Assembly (NCBI GenBank): GCA_003427395.1
Contig: BFEA01000005.1
Span: forward strand, 5,744,980-5,808,979
Reading direction: 5' to 3'
Length of the DNA: 64,000 nt
Source of the DNA: Chara braunii
Lineage: Eukaryota > Plantae > Charophyceae
Both the position numbers and the translations under genes were made by a program. Of this stretch, positions 48,771 to 61,619 are shown one piece after another (the first letter of the stretch is position 1; each line of letters opens with the position of its first letter). The notes beneath the pieces were generated by a model. That model was not told the origin of the DNA. It saw nothing but the letters and a program-made list of their open reading frames with translations, and did no database searches.

Positions 48771-51727
48771 TTGTTTGGTCGGTAACCAGTCTATCAATTT
48801 ATACTAGGGTCATAGTCCTAAGTACTGCTTGTCTAGAAGCTATCAGAAACTATCTAAATACTAATACAAATGGTACTTAGACTAACAACTGACCAAGTAC
48901 ATCAAGGAATCCAGTAGGTTCTAGAAAAATATATCCGCCGCAAATTCGTCAAAAGCCTATCCCGATATCTCCAATCAGTCATGCCGCTCACAATCAACCA
49001 GAGTTCAAATCCATCAGCCTCAACAAAGAATCGGACCACCGACTACGTCAAAACCTACAGAAAAAATACCCCGGTTCGAGTCCAGTTGCCAACACTGGTA
49101 CCAATCGGCAACGGTTCAAGCCTCAGAGCCAACATTCACGATATCAACCTAGCTAAAATCTAAAAATCATTTCCCATCGACAACAATTCAAGTCCCAAAT
49201 CCAATGGCCTGAGGCACCAGGCCCATAGTGTAATAGAAAACTGACCACAGTTCAAACCTCAGTACCAACATTCACGATATCATCCTCTTATCCTTAAGCC
49301 ATAGAACAAGGTCTCATACTCAACAGTCCCGGTTACTTAGGAGGTGACGGTAGTACATATCAAGTCTCTAAACAAAGGGTGTGGAAACAAGGCAAAAAGC
49401 TCTAAGAATGAGCCTCAAAGTCCCTTGCACATGGGTTTACCATCCAGTCAAAATCGGCAGCCACTCGTCCCATAGACCTGCAAACTTCTTTGAAAAGCTA
49501 ACCAATGCATTGTCGAAGTACTTGTTAGGATATCCTCTACGCCATACTCCGACCTTCAAAGTAAACAAGAAGAAGACTTCAGTGTCACGAACAGAAGAGA
49601 ATGCTCGAGCTCGGTGGAGGAAAGATCCAATAACCGCCATTTCTGCTGTTTACAAGAATAAAAGTCATAATCTTGGATACTTTGAAAAGTCAAGTGCAAA
49701 TTATTCCACCCTTGTTGATTCTTGTGAGTTGCGAAGCAAGCAACCCCTTTAGTCCCTTCCAAAATTATGATAATACAGCCCAGAAATTCCCAACGAGGTC
49801 CATCGCTACTCCGCTCCAAAGTGAGCTTGTCGTCATAACACTCGCAAAAGAGTTGTATCAGTCGACTTCCCTTCTCACATACAACAAAAATCGATATGTC
49901 ATCCATAAGTCGGGAACCATTGAAAATTTTTTGATCGATACCTAAAGAAGAAAGAAAGGAATACTCATTGAAAGCACATAATAAACACGCTAAGGTGGGA
50001 CTGGAGAATTTCCCCATCGGTATTCCGACAACCTGCTGGAAAATCTTCTCAGAGACAAAAAGAAAAGTATTACTGAGTTCGAAAAAAACAAAAGACAGAA
50101 TCAACTCGAAGGACAAGGATACCCAACCATCTTCACATCGCCCTTGATCAACCGCACCCCTTTACCTTGTGTCTGCACATCAACAACAAGGTATCCGTCA
50201 CCCGTCCAATAGTCGATAACCCATGCAAGGGCCCGTGAGATGGAGGCACGCGGAAGATTTGAAGCATTTCTTTAATATCAAAAGAGGCACCAATCAAATA
50301 CTCATTCTTCTTCAAACTGGAGTTGAGAAGACTGATACAACTCATCAAATCTTGTGTAGCCCGTAAATTGAAATGGAAGTTACGAGGAAGTTTCCAAAGA
50401 AGAAGGTTCACTGCTCTCGAAACCCGTCTCCCTCCCATTGCAGAACACTCCGAAAAGGAAGGACAGATAGGTCGCCATCTCTTAACGTCTTTATGCTTCG
50501 GTATACAGTAGGATCGTCCCAAACATCCACGAGGGTTCCATTTTGCAACTTTGTTGAAATTCAAGGGGTCGTACTCCATTCGGCAACCGCTAAGTACCTC
50601 AGTCTCCGAAAAGTCACACCTAACAAATGTCGGTTTCTCCAAGAACAGCCTGCACAACCCTGCCTTATAAAGAGATGGACAACAGACGTATGTGTCACCA
50701 GAATTGTGATCAACAGAGCTACAAACCAGACCTTCCAAACGACACGCATATGTCTTGATATCGTCAACATTACAGGAGGAAACAAAACTAGTCCAGTGGA
50801 CAATCCCAGTACAACATGAGCGAAGATCGTGGTTGGTGAGTTCTTGGTGACTAATTGTAGGATGAAAGGATAGCAACCCAAAGGTGAGGTGATCTGCTTC
50901 CTAAGGTTGGATAATGCAAACGTAGGAGAAGGTTGAAGAATATTCTTAGAATTGTGCATCCAATCGGGAAACAAATCGCAATCATTCAAACGAAAGGATA
51001 CATGCCCTTCGACCCGTAGGAAAATCTCATCAACCGAATCGCAACAACACTCAATCTCGGCACATATAGCTACTTTGCGAAAATTGTGAATATAATCACC
51101 CATCGCCTTGTTTTTACACCAAACCACTCTCATCTGTCGAACCAACAACTGCTTCAAACTCAAGGCTATGTCTAAACTATTAACAAGCCGAGTACAAAAT
51201 TGACGAATCCCTGCTTTACAGTGAAGTTTGATCCCGTATGGTCGATTTATTGCCTTGGAGGAATCACCAACCTACGACGAAGTTTGATCCCATATCGTCG
51301 ATTTATTGCCTTGGATAGAATATAGTGAAGCCTAGCCCTCGACCTTTTTTCATAGAAGGTACGAATAACAGAGAAACCAAGCACGAGGTTATCAAAACAC
51401 CAAGAACATAGCTGTTTGCAAGAGGACGGTTGGGATAACAAAAGAGAAAGAGGTTGCTTCAAAGGGAGTAAACTATTTAAAAACGGAACAATCGTGACGA
51501 AAGTAATAGTTGAGCCATGGGTCAACCAATCCCAAGAACGCCGAAGTTGCGAAACCTCAAAGCTTGAAGACACAACTGAACCCCCATACAATTGTTGAAT
51601 AACACTTCATCGATCTGCCACAAGAGAACCCCCTTCGAATACAATCATGCAAGAACTCTGTGTCTTGTTACTGCAATAGTCCAAAATACGTCTCAAACTA
51701 GTACTAAGTACTACTAACACTACGATG

Positions 51728-51879
51728 TTCAGGGACGCTGGACCCGGTTTCCAGCAGGTGTCGCTCCCCACCAACAGATGGAGCCTCCCCGAGAGCGTTA
51801 GTGGTGTCTGCTCTTATCAGCACCCCTAGCACCACCTCAGTCTGTTTTTTTGAAGAAAAAAAAAAGAAAAAAAAAAAAA
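51728..51879 (+). mobile_element. Orphan 3' tail of LINE family A type (structured module plus poly(A)) inserted in PLE 2
   Basis: GGGACGCTGGACCCGGTTTCCAGCAGGTG...GGAGCC, a hairpin with CTGCTCTTATCA loop, then an A-rich tail. Confidence 0.8.
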
Positions 51880-52286
51880 CAATTCCTACACTAGAATGCA
51901 ACGTAACAAGGGAAACAGAAGTCCGCTCAACAACAGGTAAGTCACGTTTCTTCTTCTCTTTCAACCTTTCCCTTAATCCTTTCCTACCGAGTGTGAAAAT
52001 CCCGAGAAGTACTACCAATATAGACATGGCGACACCAAGGAGACACAAGTGCATATACCACTACCATTGACAACGTCATAACCATTGATAATCAGGGACT
52101 CAATCGATGACTGAAGCTTGCTAGCCCACAGAATCTCACCACTCAAAATCAACCAAAACACCACGAGGCAAAAAACAACATTCAACTTTTTATTATGTAA
52201 CCGTTCCCTAGACTTGGTTCGAGCAGAGCTACATTTACGTGCCAGATGCCAAAAAAGAGCCGTGTTCGGAGCAAATACTAAGATAG

Positions 52287-52361
52287 AGATGGAGCCTTCA
52301 ACCGTGGCGCCACTTAGGGGGGCTGCTCATATCACCTTCCTAAGTGGTGGCCATGACTCGA

Positions 52362-52392
<31 letters not shown>
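52287..52392 (+). mobile_element. Shorter orphan 3' tail (ATGGAGCC, CTGCTCATATCA-loop hairpin, poly(A))
   Basis: GCCACTTAGGGGGG/CCTTCCTAAGTGGT stem with the conserved loop; poly(A) at 52367-52392. Confidence 0.7.
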
Positions 52393-52394
<2 letters not shown>

Positions 52395-52815
52395 CACACT
52401 GTCTTCACCATTCCCAATCTTACCTAAGTCGGTACTTGCAGTTGTGTTGTGATCATATATTTCTTCAATCACCACTCCATTCTGTTTGGTGACATCTCCT
52501 CCAAATGCCTTGGCCAGTCTTTGTTGCATGATCTCTTCCTTTGTTTTATCCAGAGTATTATAGAGTACAACTTTTTAAGCACAAATAGCCATGATTGCAT
52601 CATTCTTCAACGGTTTCAGGTTCGACCGATTCTCTTTCAGAAAGGCCTCCTTGTTGTTCTTGATCTTGTCGCTCCGTGCCTCATCAACTTGACTAACTGT
52701 CGCCTGCTTCTTGCCCCAAGAAGATGGTCCAACAACTTGACTAATTTCAGGGTCAAATTCATGTTTCGTTTTTTTTCTTCTTCTTTGAGATTCATTGCTT
52801 TGTATTTTTTTCCCT

Positions 52816-55800
52816 TGTTTGTTTGTTTGTTTGTTTGTTTGTTTGTTTGTTTGTTTGTTTGTTTGTTTGTTTGTTTGTTTGTTTTTTTTTTTTTTTAAAC
52901 CTCGTCTATGACAGATAGGGGGGATGGTAAGAGCATACCCTCCTATCTATCCTTCTGGGGGCTCCATTCTATTGGTGGGGAGTTGCACCTGCTGGAAAAC
53001 GAGTCCAGCGTCCCTTACATCTGTTTTGATCAATCAATATTGCTTCCTCAACTTTTCCACCTAAGGATGCCTCTTCAGTCAAAGTTTGACCGCCAAATAA
53101 AAGTGATATATCTAGCATCCTTTAACTGAAATCTCCACTATTTATTATCTCTCCTTAACCTTCTTCCCTTCCCCCAAACCAGTCCATATCTACCAAAGCA
53201 AGCTCAGACTGAGGAAAGGGGTCTGGAAAATAAGCTGGTGATCTCAAAGAAGCTCCCGGTTGGATGTCCAACCAATTAAAAAAATTGATCCGATAGTCCC
53301 TTCTTAACAATACCTGGTCCTCATCCTCTCCTGGCCAAATTACCTCTCCCAATTTCTCCCTTGACGCATCCCCTAACCATTCCAAACCGAATTCAAAAAT
53401 ACTTTGCTTAATGTCCTGTTTTTGTTTTAATTGTAAAAAATTATTTTTCCACCTTTCTCATTGATCTCTGATTTCTGTATGAATAAATTGTTGGATTACC
53501 TCTGTCGTTTCTTTCCCTTCCATCCTTACTTTCTCAATTGTTAATACACATCTTTTATGTCATAAAGCCCATAAAACTGCTTTTCTGCCTAATTGAAATA
53601 AATTTTGCTGAAATAGTGATAATTCAATTAATACCGGATTCCAGTATCCCAACAAAATTGCTCTCCAATCCCATGACCATTCTAGACCCGTAATCCTATT
53701 CCACACATAGTCCCACCGTCGCCATGTCAGAACAGAGCTCGAACATTGCAAGAAGATATGTTATATTGTTTCGCTTAATTTTCTACTAGGAAAAGCCTGA
53801 ACACAGGAGATACACCAAGGTAATGCTACACCTTTCTGTTCCAATGAAGAATGATCTATTAACCAATCATTTGTTGGTAAACACCTATGTATTATCTGCC
53901 ATTGTAAGGATACAAACTTGGCAGACCTTTCCTTTAAATTTTGAAACCATCTTATTTGCTTAATCAATTCCGCATCTATGTTAAGATGCCTGCACCACCG
54001 TTCTCTTATAATATCAGGCACTTCTATTTTAGGACGCAGTAATCGATAAGATGCTTTAACTGACAAAAACTGTTATCTTAGAGGCTTACTCTTCTTGTTC
54101 ATCCGCCAGACCCATTCGTCCGGATCTAATGGTAGATCCGGAATAGGAATATGTGGGAAAAACATTGTCCATTCTTTCGTTGAGGTACAGTATAAGGCTC
54201 TTATTCTGTACATTTCATGAAAAGGGAAAAATGATACTTTATCCTGATCCTTATTTGGGATCGTATTGTCCTTGCGGATCTTAAATATATTCGCCAATGC
54301 TCCCTCTTTGTGAACCTCCAAGATCTGACCCACTGTCTTGATCCCATCCTGCATATTCATACACACCCAATCTATCGTCCTAAAAACTGGTCCTTTTTTT
54401 AATGCCATTCTCCATGCCAGAGGAACAACAGATACTAAATTCTCCAGATTTTCTTGTAATTTGTGTGCATATTTGATCTTATTTCTGAGTTTATCCACTG
54501 TCTTTCAGTTTCGGGTCTTTTGGTCCCATAAATCTTTGATTCTTAGAATACCATGTTTTACCCACGTAGCCCATGGAGATTCTGAACTGATAAAGACTCT
54601 ACCCTGTTGATCAGTGAGCCATCTATTTCCAAACAGTGGTTGCCTCAATACTTCCTCATATCTTGATGGAGAAGTTTTATTTGACAATGGTAATTCCCGC
54701 CAAGTTTTCAATAAGCTTGCCCAGAAGTTGTCCAATACTAAATCTTTTTTTACCGCTCCTCTTGCTTCATCTCCTTTGTGGTTTAAATGGGGTCGAGGAA
54801 TAGTCCATAATTTATCTTCAACCCATACCAGTGGGTGTACTTCCTTGATTGTTCTAGGTGCCAATCTACGTATTTGTTCTAAAGCCAGGTCCCTCCATGA
54901 AATATCCACAGTCAAAATTAACCTTTTCATTACCTGAAGGGACAATGCTTCACCTTGAATTTTAGGGTCGATAATACCCAATCCTCCTTTATTTTTTGGT
55001 TGACCAAGCCACTCTTGGAATCACATGTGGTGTTTCATGATCTCACCGCCATAGGAAGGCTATTAGCTGCCTTTGTAGTTCTTTAACTGGTTTCTTGTTT
55101 AATGTCCAAAGAAAGGATTTGTACCAGATCGAGGCTAAAACCACATTATTTATTATTATTGCTCTGCCAAAAATTGATGTATGTTTATTTTTTCATAGTT
55201 TCATTTTTTCTATCGCAGGGGAAAAAATCCATATATCATTTGTGACCGGTTTTCCTTGTGCTGTGAAAATTACTCCTAGAACCCTGATGGGGGCCTCCTC
55301 GGGGACCCACTTGATCCTAGGATTCTCTGGTGGCCTCACCCCCTGAGAGTGAATCCACCATCCCTGAGTTTTGTTGCCCAAATTTACTAACATATCTGAC
55401 AAAGCAGAAAACTTATCCATTAATGCTTTGATTTCCTCAAGATTTGACGAAGTCGCCTCCATCATTATGGTTAAGTCGTCTGCAAACATCGAATAAATTG
55501 GAATTGCTTCATCAGGTATGTTGGCAATCTTTAGACGTTGTATATTTTGATTTTTCCTAAGATTTGCCCCTAGAGCTTCCATTATGATTATGAATAAGAA
55601 CGGGGCTAGGGGATCTCCTTGTCTTACAGATCTTTGGAGCGGGATTTCCGGGGAGAGCAACCCATTTACTTTGATTTTTGTGGTGGCATTAGCATGGAGG
55701 ATTTGCACCCACTTTCTGAGTGTGGGTCGAAACCCCATCTTAATTAGACATGTTTCCAGGAAACGCCAATCTACGTGATCATATGCTTTTTCAAAATCTA

Positions 55801-57610
55801 TGAATATAAATGCTGCTCTTTGTTGATTTTGTCGAGACAACTTGATCATTTCATTAACCAATAATACATTATCTTGTATATTTCTCCTATGTATAAACCC
55901 TGTTTGAGACAGATGGATTATATCTGTCATTACCGGAATTAAACGGTTCGTTATTGCTTTTGCTAGCATTTTATAGACCACTGTCAATAATGTAATTGGC
56001 CTATAATTCCTTATGTTGGTTTTCTCTCCTTTTTTATATAAAAAAGTTAGAATTCCTTGACCCACAATTTCCCCCATACTACCTGAGTCTTGAACTTGAT
56101 TATAGTATTGCATAAGGTCTTCTGCAAAAGTTGACCACATTGCTTCCCAGAATTCTTTCGGAAGACCGTCTATTCTTGGGGTTTTATCCTCCTCCATTTG
56201 TAAAAGTGTCGTCCAAATTTCATCCTTGCTTATTGGTGCATCCAACCTTTCCTTTTGTTCTTGAGATAGGTGTTGTGTTAATGGTTCCAAGAACTCCTGG
56301 ATTTCCTGTTGCGCCCTTTCCTGATCCAGCGTAGATGTGTAAAGATTCTTAAAGAAATCATATGCGACTTTCAAACTACCAGCAGATGAGACTGACTCTA
56401 AATGAGGAGATTGATTCGGGTCTATCAAGGCTTTTATGTTTGTAATGAGGAGATTGATTCGGGTCTATCAAGGCTTCTATGTTTGTTTTTCTTACCCTTG
56501 CCTTAGCGAGAGCAAAAAAGGAGGAATTCATCTGTCCTTCCGACTGATGTCTAGATAATTTACTTCTTACAAGAAAGTCTTGCCACCTATTTTGGGCAAA
56601 GGAAAGGAGTTGACTTCTCAATTCATGAATTTCTCTTGATTGAGTGATTTCTTCCGATGATTCCTGTTTTTCATATTGAAGAATTTTTTCCTGAACTTCC
56701 ATTTCCTGTGCATATTTTTGTTTAGCGATTAATTTAGAAAATTCATTACATTTTTTTGACAAATACACTAATGCATTATTGAACCATTCTATATAAGACT
56801 CATGTCTATTTTCTGTGGTACGCTAAAATTTCCATACCTCCTTAATGTATGTTCTAAAATCTTCCCTTTTCAAAAGTGATGTGTTGAGTTTGTAAAAACT
56901 TTGGCCTTGATCTGTTTTTTTTCGAAAGGTTAACAAAATTACACACATTTTATGATTTGCTCCCGGCCATGGACTTTGAGGAAAAATATTAGCCCCTACC
57001 AGTGTGTGATCTAGGTCTTTTGACATAAGTATCAAGTCTATTCTAGATCTGGATAGATGAGGGGTGCCAATATTCCTAATACATGTGAAAAGTCGTTCTT
57101 GTGGAAAAATCCTCCTGAATGTATCATAAAGGTTTTCTATTTCACATAACTGTTGAATAATCATTTCATCCTCCTCTATATACATAGGGCATGGCGACGG
57201 GATCTTCCACCTATCCATCCACCTGTCTGGTGTTGCATTGAAATCTCCTGCTATTATGACTGGTATATCGTTTGGGATATTATTTCGAATATCCTGAAAG
57301 AATTGTTTTCTCTTTTGCACGTCATTGGGTCCGTATATGTTGAGTACACATACTACTTCTATTTCCAGCATGACCAGTGCTGCAACCCATCTTCCATTTT
57401 CCTGGTCAGCTTCCCAATGAATAATGTCTGCCCTGAAATCCGAGGGAATCCATATTGCCACTCCTGCTGAACCATTCCTCGTCGTATAAGCTTGATATTT
57501 CTAATAGGGCCAAATCAGGTTATGCGCTCGATTATGAGTTGGGGAATCTGTAAGATGGGTTTCTTGAATCCATATCAGGTCTGACCATGATCTTCCTCCC
57601 ACCCCCTTGT
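52816..57610 (-). mobile_element. LINE family A copy 2 (5'-truncated at the start of EN), with poly(A) and (AAAC)n tail
   Basis: ORF pieces at 57461-53155 are homologous to 19341-23845 (IQETHL, GDFNA, DFEKAYD, MFADDL, CISC...ETI). 3' module at 52915-53014. Poly-T and (GTTT)n on the plus strand. Confidence 0.92.
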
Positions 57611-58049
57611 TTTACTTTTGGATTCTGACAAAAACGCCACGGGCCTGATACACCCAAACTACGACGTGCTCACATTAGCACTCAGGAGAATGCATCCAAC
57701 TGCATTCACGTCCACAACGTTGTTGTTTGTTTTTTATTTTTGCTGTTTTGTTTTCCAACTGGTCCCTCCAGCCTCGGCCCGTCCAGCTACTGGTACTGCC
57801 AGGATTGGCAGGCTTGACATACCGGTCGCTGGAGGCTCGGACTTGATAGCTGGGCCAAGTACTGGTGGTTTAAAGGCGTCTACCCTTTCGAAAAAACACA
57901 CCAAAAATGAGGCTTGGCTCATTCCTCGCAACCCTTTGTTCCTGGGCAGGCAGCGATGGGTGATTTGCTCTTGCAGGGAGCTGATTTTGTTTGCATTTGT
58001 AGTCCCATTGGATGGGTTGGAGCAGTGTGCATGGAAGGTTCGGTTGTCT

Positions 58050-59990
58050 CATCCACCTGTCTATTACCACTTCTTTGAGGTAACTTTTAACTCTGAGCAT
58101 TCTATATATGGACTTGACTCCCAGGCTGTGCAGGGATTTCTTCCTAGGTGGGGTTCAGACTGCTTGATTAGGTGCAACACATTGCTAGTCCTCAGAGTCG
58201 AGGGCCAGTTTTGTAATCGAGGACCCTAGTTGGAAGGCATACTAGTATTCCCCTTCCCCAATGACCTGAATGAGAAAAACATCCGACTTTGTCATCCTCA
58301 GGGTGGGTCATGTGGATCGATCCCACCCTATCCTCTGTCCCTCTTTGCTTGACCGAGTCCCCTTGGGCCTTTACAGAGGATGGTATACCAGGCCAGGGGG
58401 AAGGCCTCAATCAGCTTGTCCCGTGCCCATTCTATATGGTGGCAGTACCGCAGTGTCTCATGGAGTTGGTCTGTTGCTTTCCACTGTGTTGCCTCAGTGT
58501 CCCGTAGGTCACCTACCCTTACTACCCCGTGCTTCACCCAACCCTTCCATGGGGTGTCAAAACTGCAAATGACTCGGCTTCACTGTTCTCAAAGAGAGGT
58601 TGTCAGAAGACCTCCTCTCAACTGTGGGGAGGGGTCCGGTCTGGCGGGGGGAGCTTCCTCCAGGTCTCAATCATACGTGGCCAAAAATCGTTGTTGGAGA
58701 GGCCCTTGCTGGGGGCACTGTCGATCCCAGTAGCCCGATCCTTCCTCCTCGGGATCCTCCAATATCTGTCCTCAAGCCACATCAGTACGTTGAGGGTGGA
58801 GGGGGGGGGGGGGGGGGGGGAGGGAGCCAGGTGCGCAATCTGTTGTGAAGCTAGTGGTCTCCAAGGGCTTTGGGCTGAGGAAATTTGTCTTTGGATCCAT
58901 TTCAGGTTTAGCGCTTATATTTGGGTGGGGGGGTCAATGATGCCCATTCCACCTGTGGTATTCGGCTGGACCACTGTGTCTCATGCTACCCAACTAGTGG
59001 CATGCCGGCTGTCACTATGCCACCACTTGGCATTTCAGGGACTTCAACGCCCCTTCGCTAAGCGGCCACAACACTGATTTGTACTGAGGAAATTTGTCTT
59101 TGGATCTGTTGTGAAGCTATAGGTCTCCAAGGGCTTTGGGCTGAGGAAATTTGTCTTTGGATGCATTTCAGGTTTAGCGCTTATATTTGGGTGGGGGGTC
59201 AATGATGCCCATTCCACCTGTGGTATTCGGCTGGACCACTGTGTCCCATGCTACCCAACTAGTGGCATGCGGGCTGTCACTATGCCACCACTTGGCATTT
59301 CAGGGACTTCAGCGCCCCTTCGCTAAGCGGCCACAACACTGATTTGTACCATAAGGATGCTAGAACTACATTGTTGATCACCAGTGCCCACCCAAAAAGC
59401 GATGCGTGTTTCTTATTCCAATTGGTCAGTTAGGCGGTAGCAGAGCTCCTCACCCGTTCATCATTGGTTGCGGACCTTCCTTGTGCCTTCATAGACACCC
59501 CCAACATTCTCACTGAGGTTTCAAGGGGGAGTCATGATATTTTGGGGGGTTCTGGGGGCCTGCCTCCTTGCTGGTGCATCCACCAGCCAAATGTTTTATT
59601 GCCCTAGTTGATTGCCATGTCCAACGCCCTGCAGAACTTCTTCATCAATTTCTGAATTTCCTCCATGTTTTGTGTCATAGCTTCCACCATTCTTGTAAGA
59701 TCACTGCGAACAATGAGCACACAGGGATGAACTCCTCTGGAATTCGCGTGAATTGGATTTTTTGGAGGTCCTTGTTTGACCAGAGGTTCGCATATACGAC
59801 TTCCACCACCACGAGTAAGAGGAACGAGGCAATCAGATCGCCTTATCTTACTGATAGATTTAGTTAAAACCCGGACGGTGGTGCCGTTTTGATGGAGTAT
59901 CCTTACCCACTTTCGCAAGTGTGGACCAAAGTGCATCTTCGCCAGACAATGGTCAAAGAACGTCCAATCCACATTATCATATGCCTTCTC
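58050..59990 (-). pseudogene. LINE family A-related ORF2 fragment (copy 3), heavily decayed, with a ~250 bp internal tandem duplication
   Basis: EKAYDNVDWTFFDHCLAKMHFG, VKHGVVRVGDL and VKSIYRMLR. Duplication of about 58837-59083 at 59104-59349. Confidence 0.75.
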
Positions 59991-60460
59991 TTTTTTTCTG
60001 TTTTCTTTTAATGAAGTCCAGGGTGTTGTAGAGGCCAGTTACTAGGCTCACATTGATCGCCGGAAGCAGCCAGCTATAGTTGCCCTGCACAGACGAGGCT
60101 ACCTCCCATCCCATCCTCCCGTCGATACTCCTAGCGCACCCCCTATTCCTACTATTCTGCCTCAGTGTGACCAGCACTCAGGACCGTTACCCTACCAGTA
60201 TCGGGGGGAACTTGGACTGAACAGTAGTGACAGGCACCAGTGACCCAGCCCTGGTGGAAGCGCAATCGAACGAGCCTCGTCGCGCGGGAACTTCGGACGC
60301 CAGACTCAAGCAATCACCTACTAGCCCCTAAGTAGACCAACTGGTAACTCACGCTCTCTCTTATCATCGAGATGCCTAGTTGGTCGTGACCTCCTCCCGG
60401 CCCTATGGTTATATATATGTGTGTGTGTTCTGTATTATAGGTATGAGCCCGTAGGCTATG
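59991..60460 (-). mobile_element. Short non-coding poly(A) retroposed element
   Basis: T-rich tail at 59991-60009 at the point where the LINE RT breaks off; the terminal 24 nt are shared with 42052-42075. Confidence 0.45.
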
Positions 60461-60462
60461 TG

Positions 60463-61570
60463 TTTTTTTTTTTTTTTTTTAGGCTATGTGTATGTTTGTA
60501 GTCTGTGTGGATCCATAGCAGACGCTGCTCCCCACCATGGAGCATCTGCGAAGTGAGTACCATTGAGAGGTGATCCTCTTACCTCCACCAGTACCTGTGT
60601 GAGCTATATAGCCCCCTAGAAGCACCTTGCCCGGACGCAGTGGAGGGGCGACCCTATGCACCCTTAATTTGTTGCCAACGAATAGACAACCCTCCTCTAG
60701 AACCCGATCATCAGCTAGGGCTCCTCCCCCCCCCAAAGGACCCATGCCTAACTTTGTCTATCCTCGGTAGTAGACTGTCTCCCACCTATCAACAGATTCT
60801 GGTCATCGGCTAGGTTCTTCCAATAGGGATCCGAAGGGACAGACTACAGACTCATTAGGTGGTGGGCCATTATCCGTCCTTCCACTAGCCCCCAGCCTTG
60901 TCCCTCGGATGTTGTGTGTGTATTAACTATACATGTATAGGTAGTATGTATAACCCCCTAGAAGCACCTTGCCTTGACACAGCGGAGGGGCGACCCTATG
61001 CGCCCTTTATCTGTTGCCTACGAATAGACATCCCTCCTCTAGAACCCGGTCATCAGCTAGGGCTCATTCCCCCCCAAAGGACCCATGCCCAACTTTGTCT
61101 ATCTTCAGTAGTAGATTGTCTCCTACCTATCAGCAGATTCCGGTGTCGCGCGCGGCGGTCCCGCACCCCGCTGGGAGCGCTGAACCTCACGGTCGTGTCA
61201 CGCAGGATGTTTTGTTGAAAAGAACCAGTCACCACTTCGACCGTGCGCGTGTGCTATACCTCTCACGACACGCCACGGCAGGTCGGGGCGTCACGAGGTA
61301 CAACTTACCTCTACCCAAGGGGCTGTCACCACCCTTAGGTAGGTGTATCCCTGTTGAGCTACCGGCCCACATGCGAAGGCTTTTACATGCCTCTGTAGAG
61401 GTAGGTCGGCCGAGGGTTTTTTTATCGATCGTCGCAACATAGGAATGGGGTACGCGCGGTAAGACGCCTAAGACTGACCCGTTAGTCAAGTCAGGTTCAG
61501 GATGTGATTCCCTTATCATGGACTTCTAGATATTCAGGTCAAACTTTTTATAAGGCTGTCTATATCCGCT
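60463..61570 (-). mobile_element. Non-coding poly(A) element with two ~190 bp direct repeats (about 60612-60802 and 60954-61143)
   Basis: Poly-T at 60463-60480; the repeat CCCCCTAGAAGCACCTTGCC...CAGATTC is seen twice. 5' boundary uncertain. Confidence 0.5.
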
Positions 61571-61619
61571 TCTGAATCTAAAATATACATATATAATATA
61601 TATATATATTTTCAACATC

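Larger units (their letters stand above)
48700..52800 (-). mobile_element. Penelope-like element 2 with GIY-YIG motif upstream of the RT, decayed
   Basis: VVYALVSPWCRHVYIGSTSRDFHTR at about 52061-51987. RT motifs IPKHKDVKRWRPICPSF, ASFDIKEM, FQQVVGIPMG, SRLMDDI and WEFLG at 50900-49500. Homologous to PLE 1. Boundaries approximate. Confidence 0.8.

Noticed and set aside
45148-52100. In-frame stops in PLE ORFs as selenocysteine recoding
   Set aside because: The ORFs also have frameshifts and non-TGA stops, and no sense-strand SECIS was found; ordinary decay explains them.
60700-60725. Minus-strand CTGATGA in the 190 bp repeats as a hammerhead
   Set aside because: No downstream GAAA, stem III or NUH arrangement.
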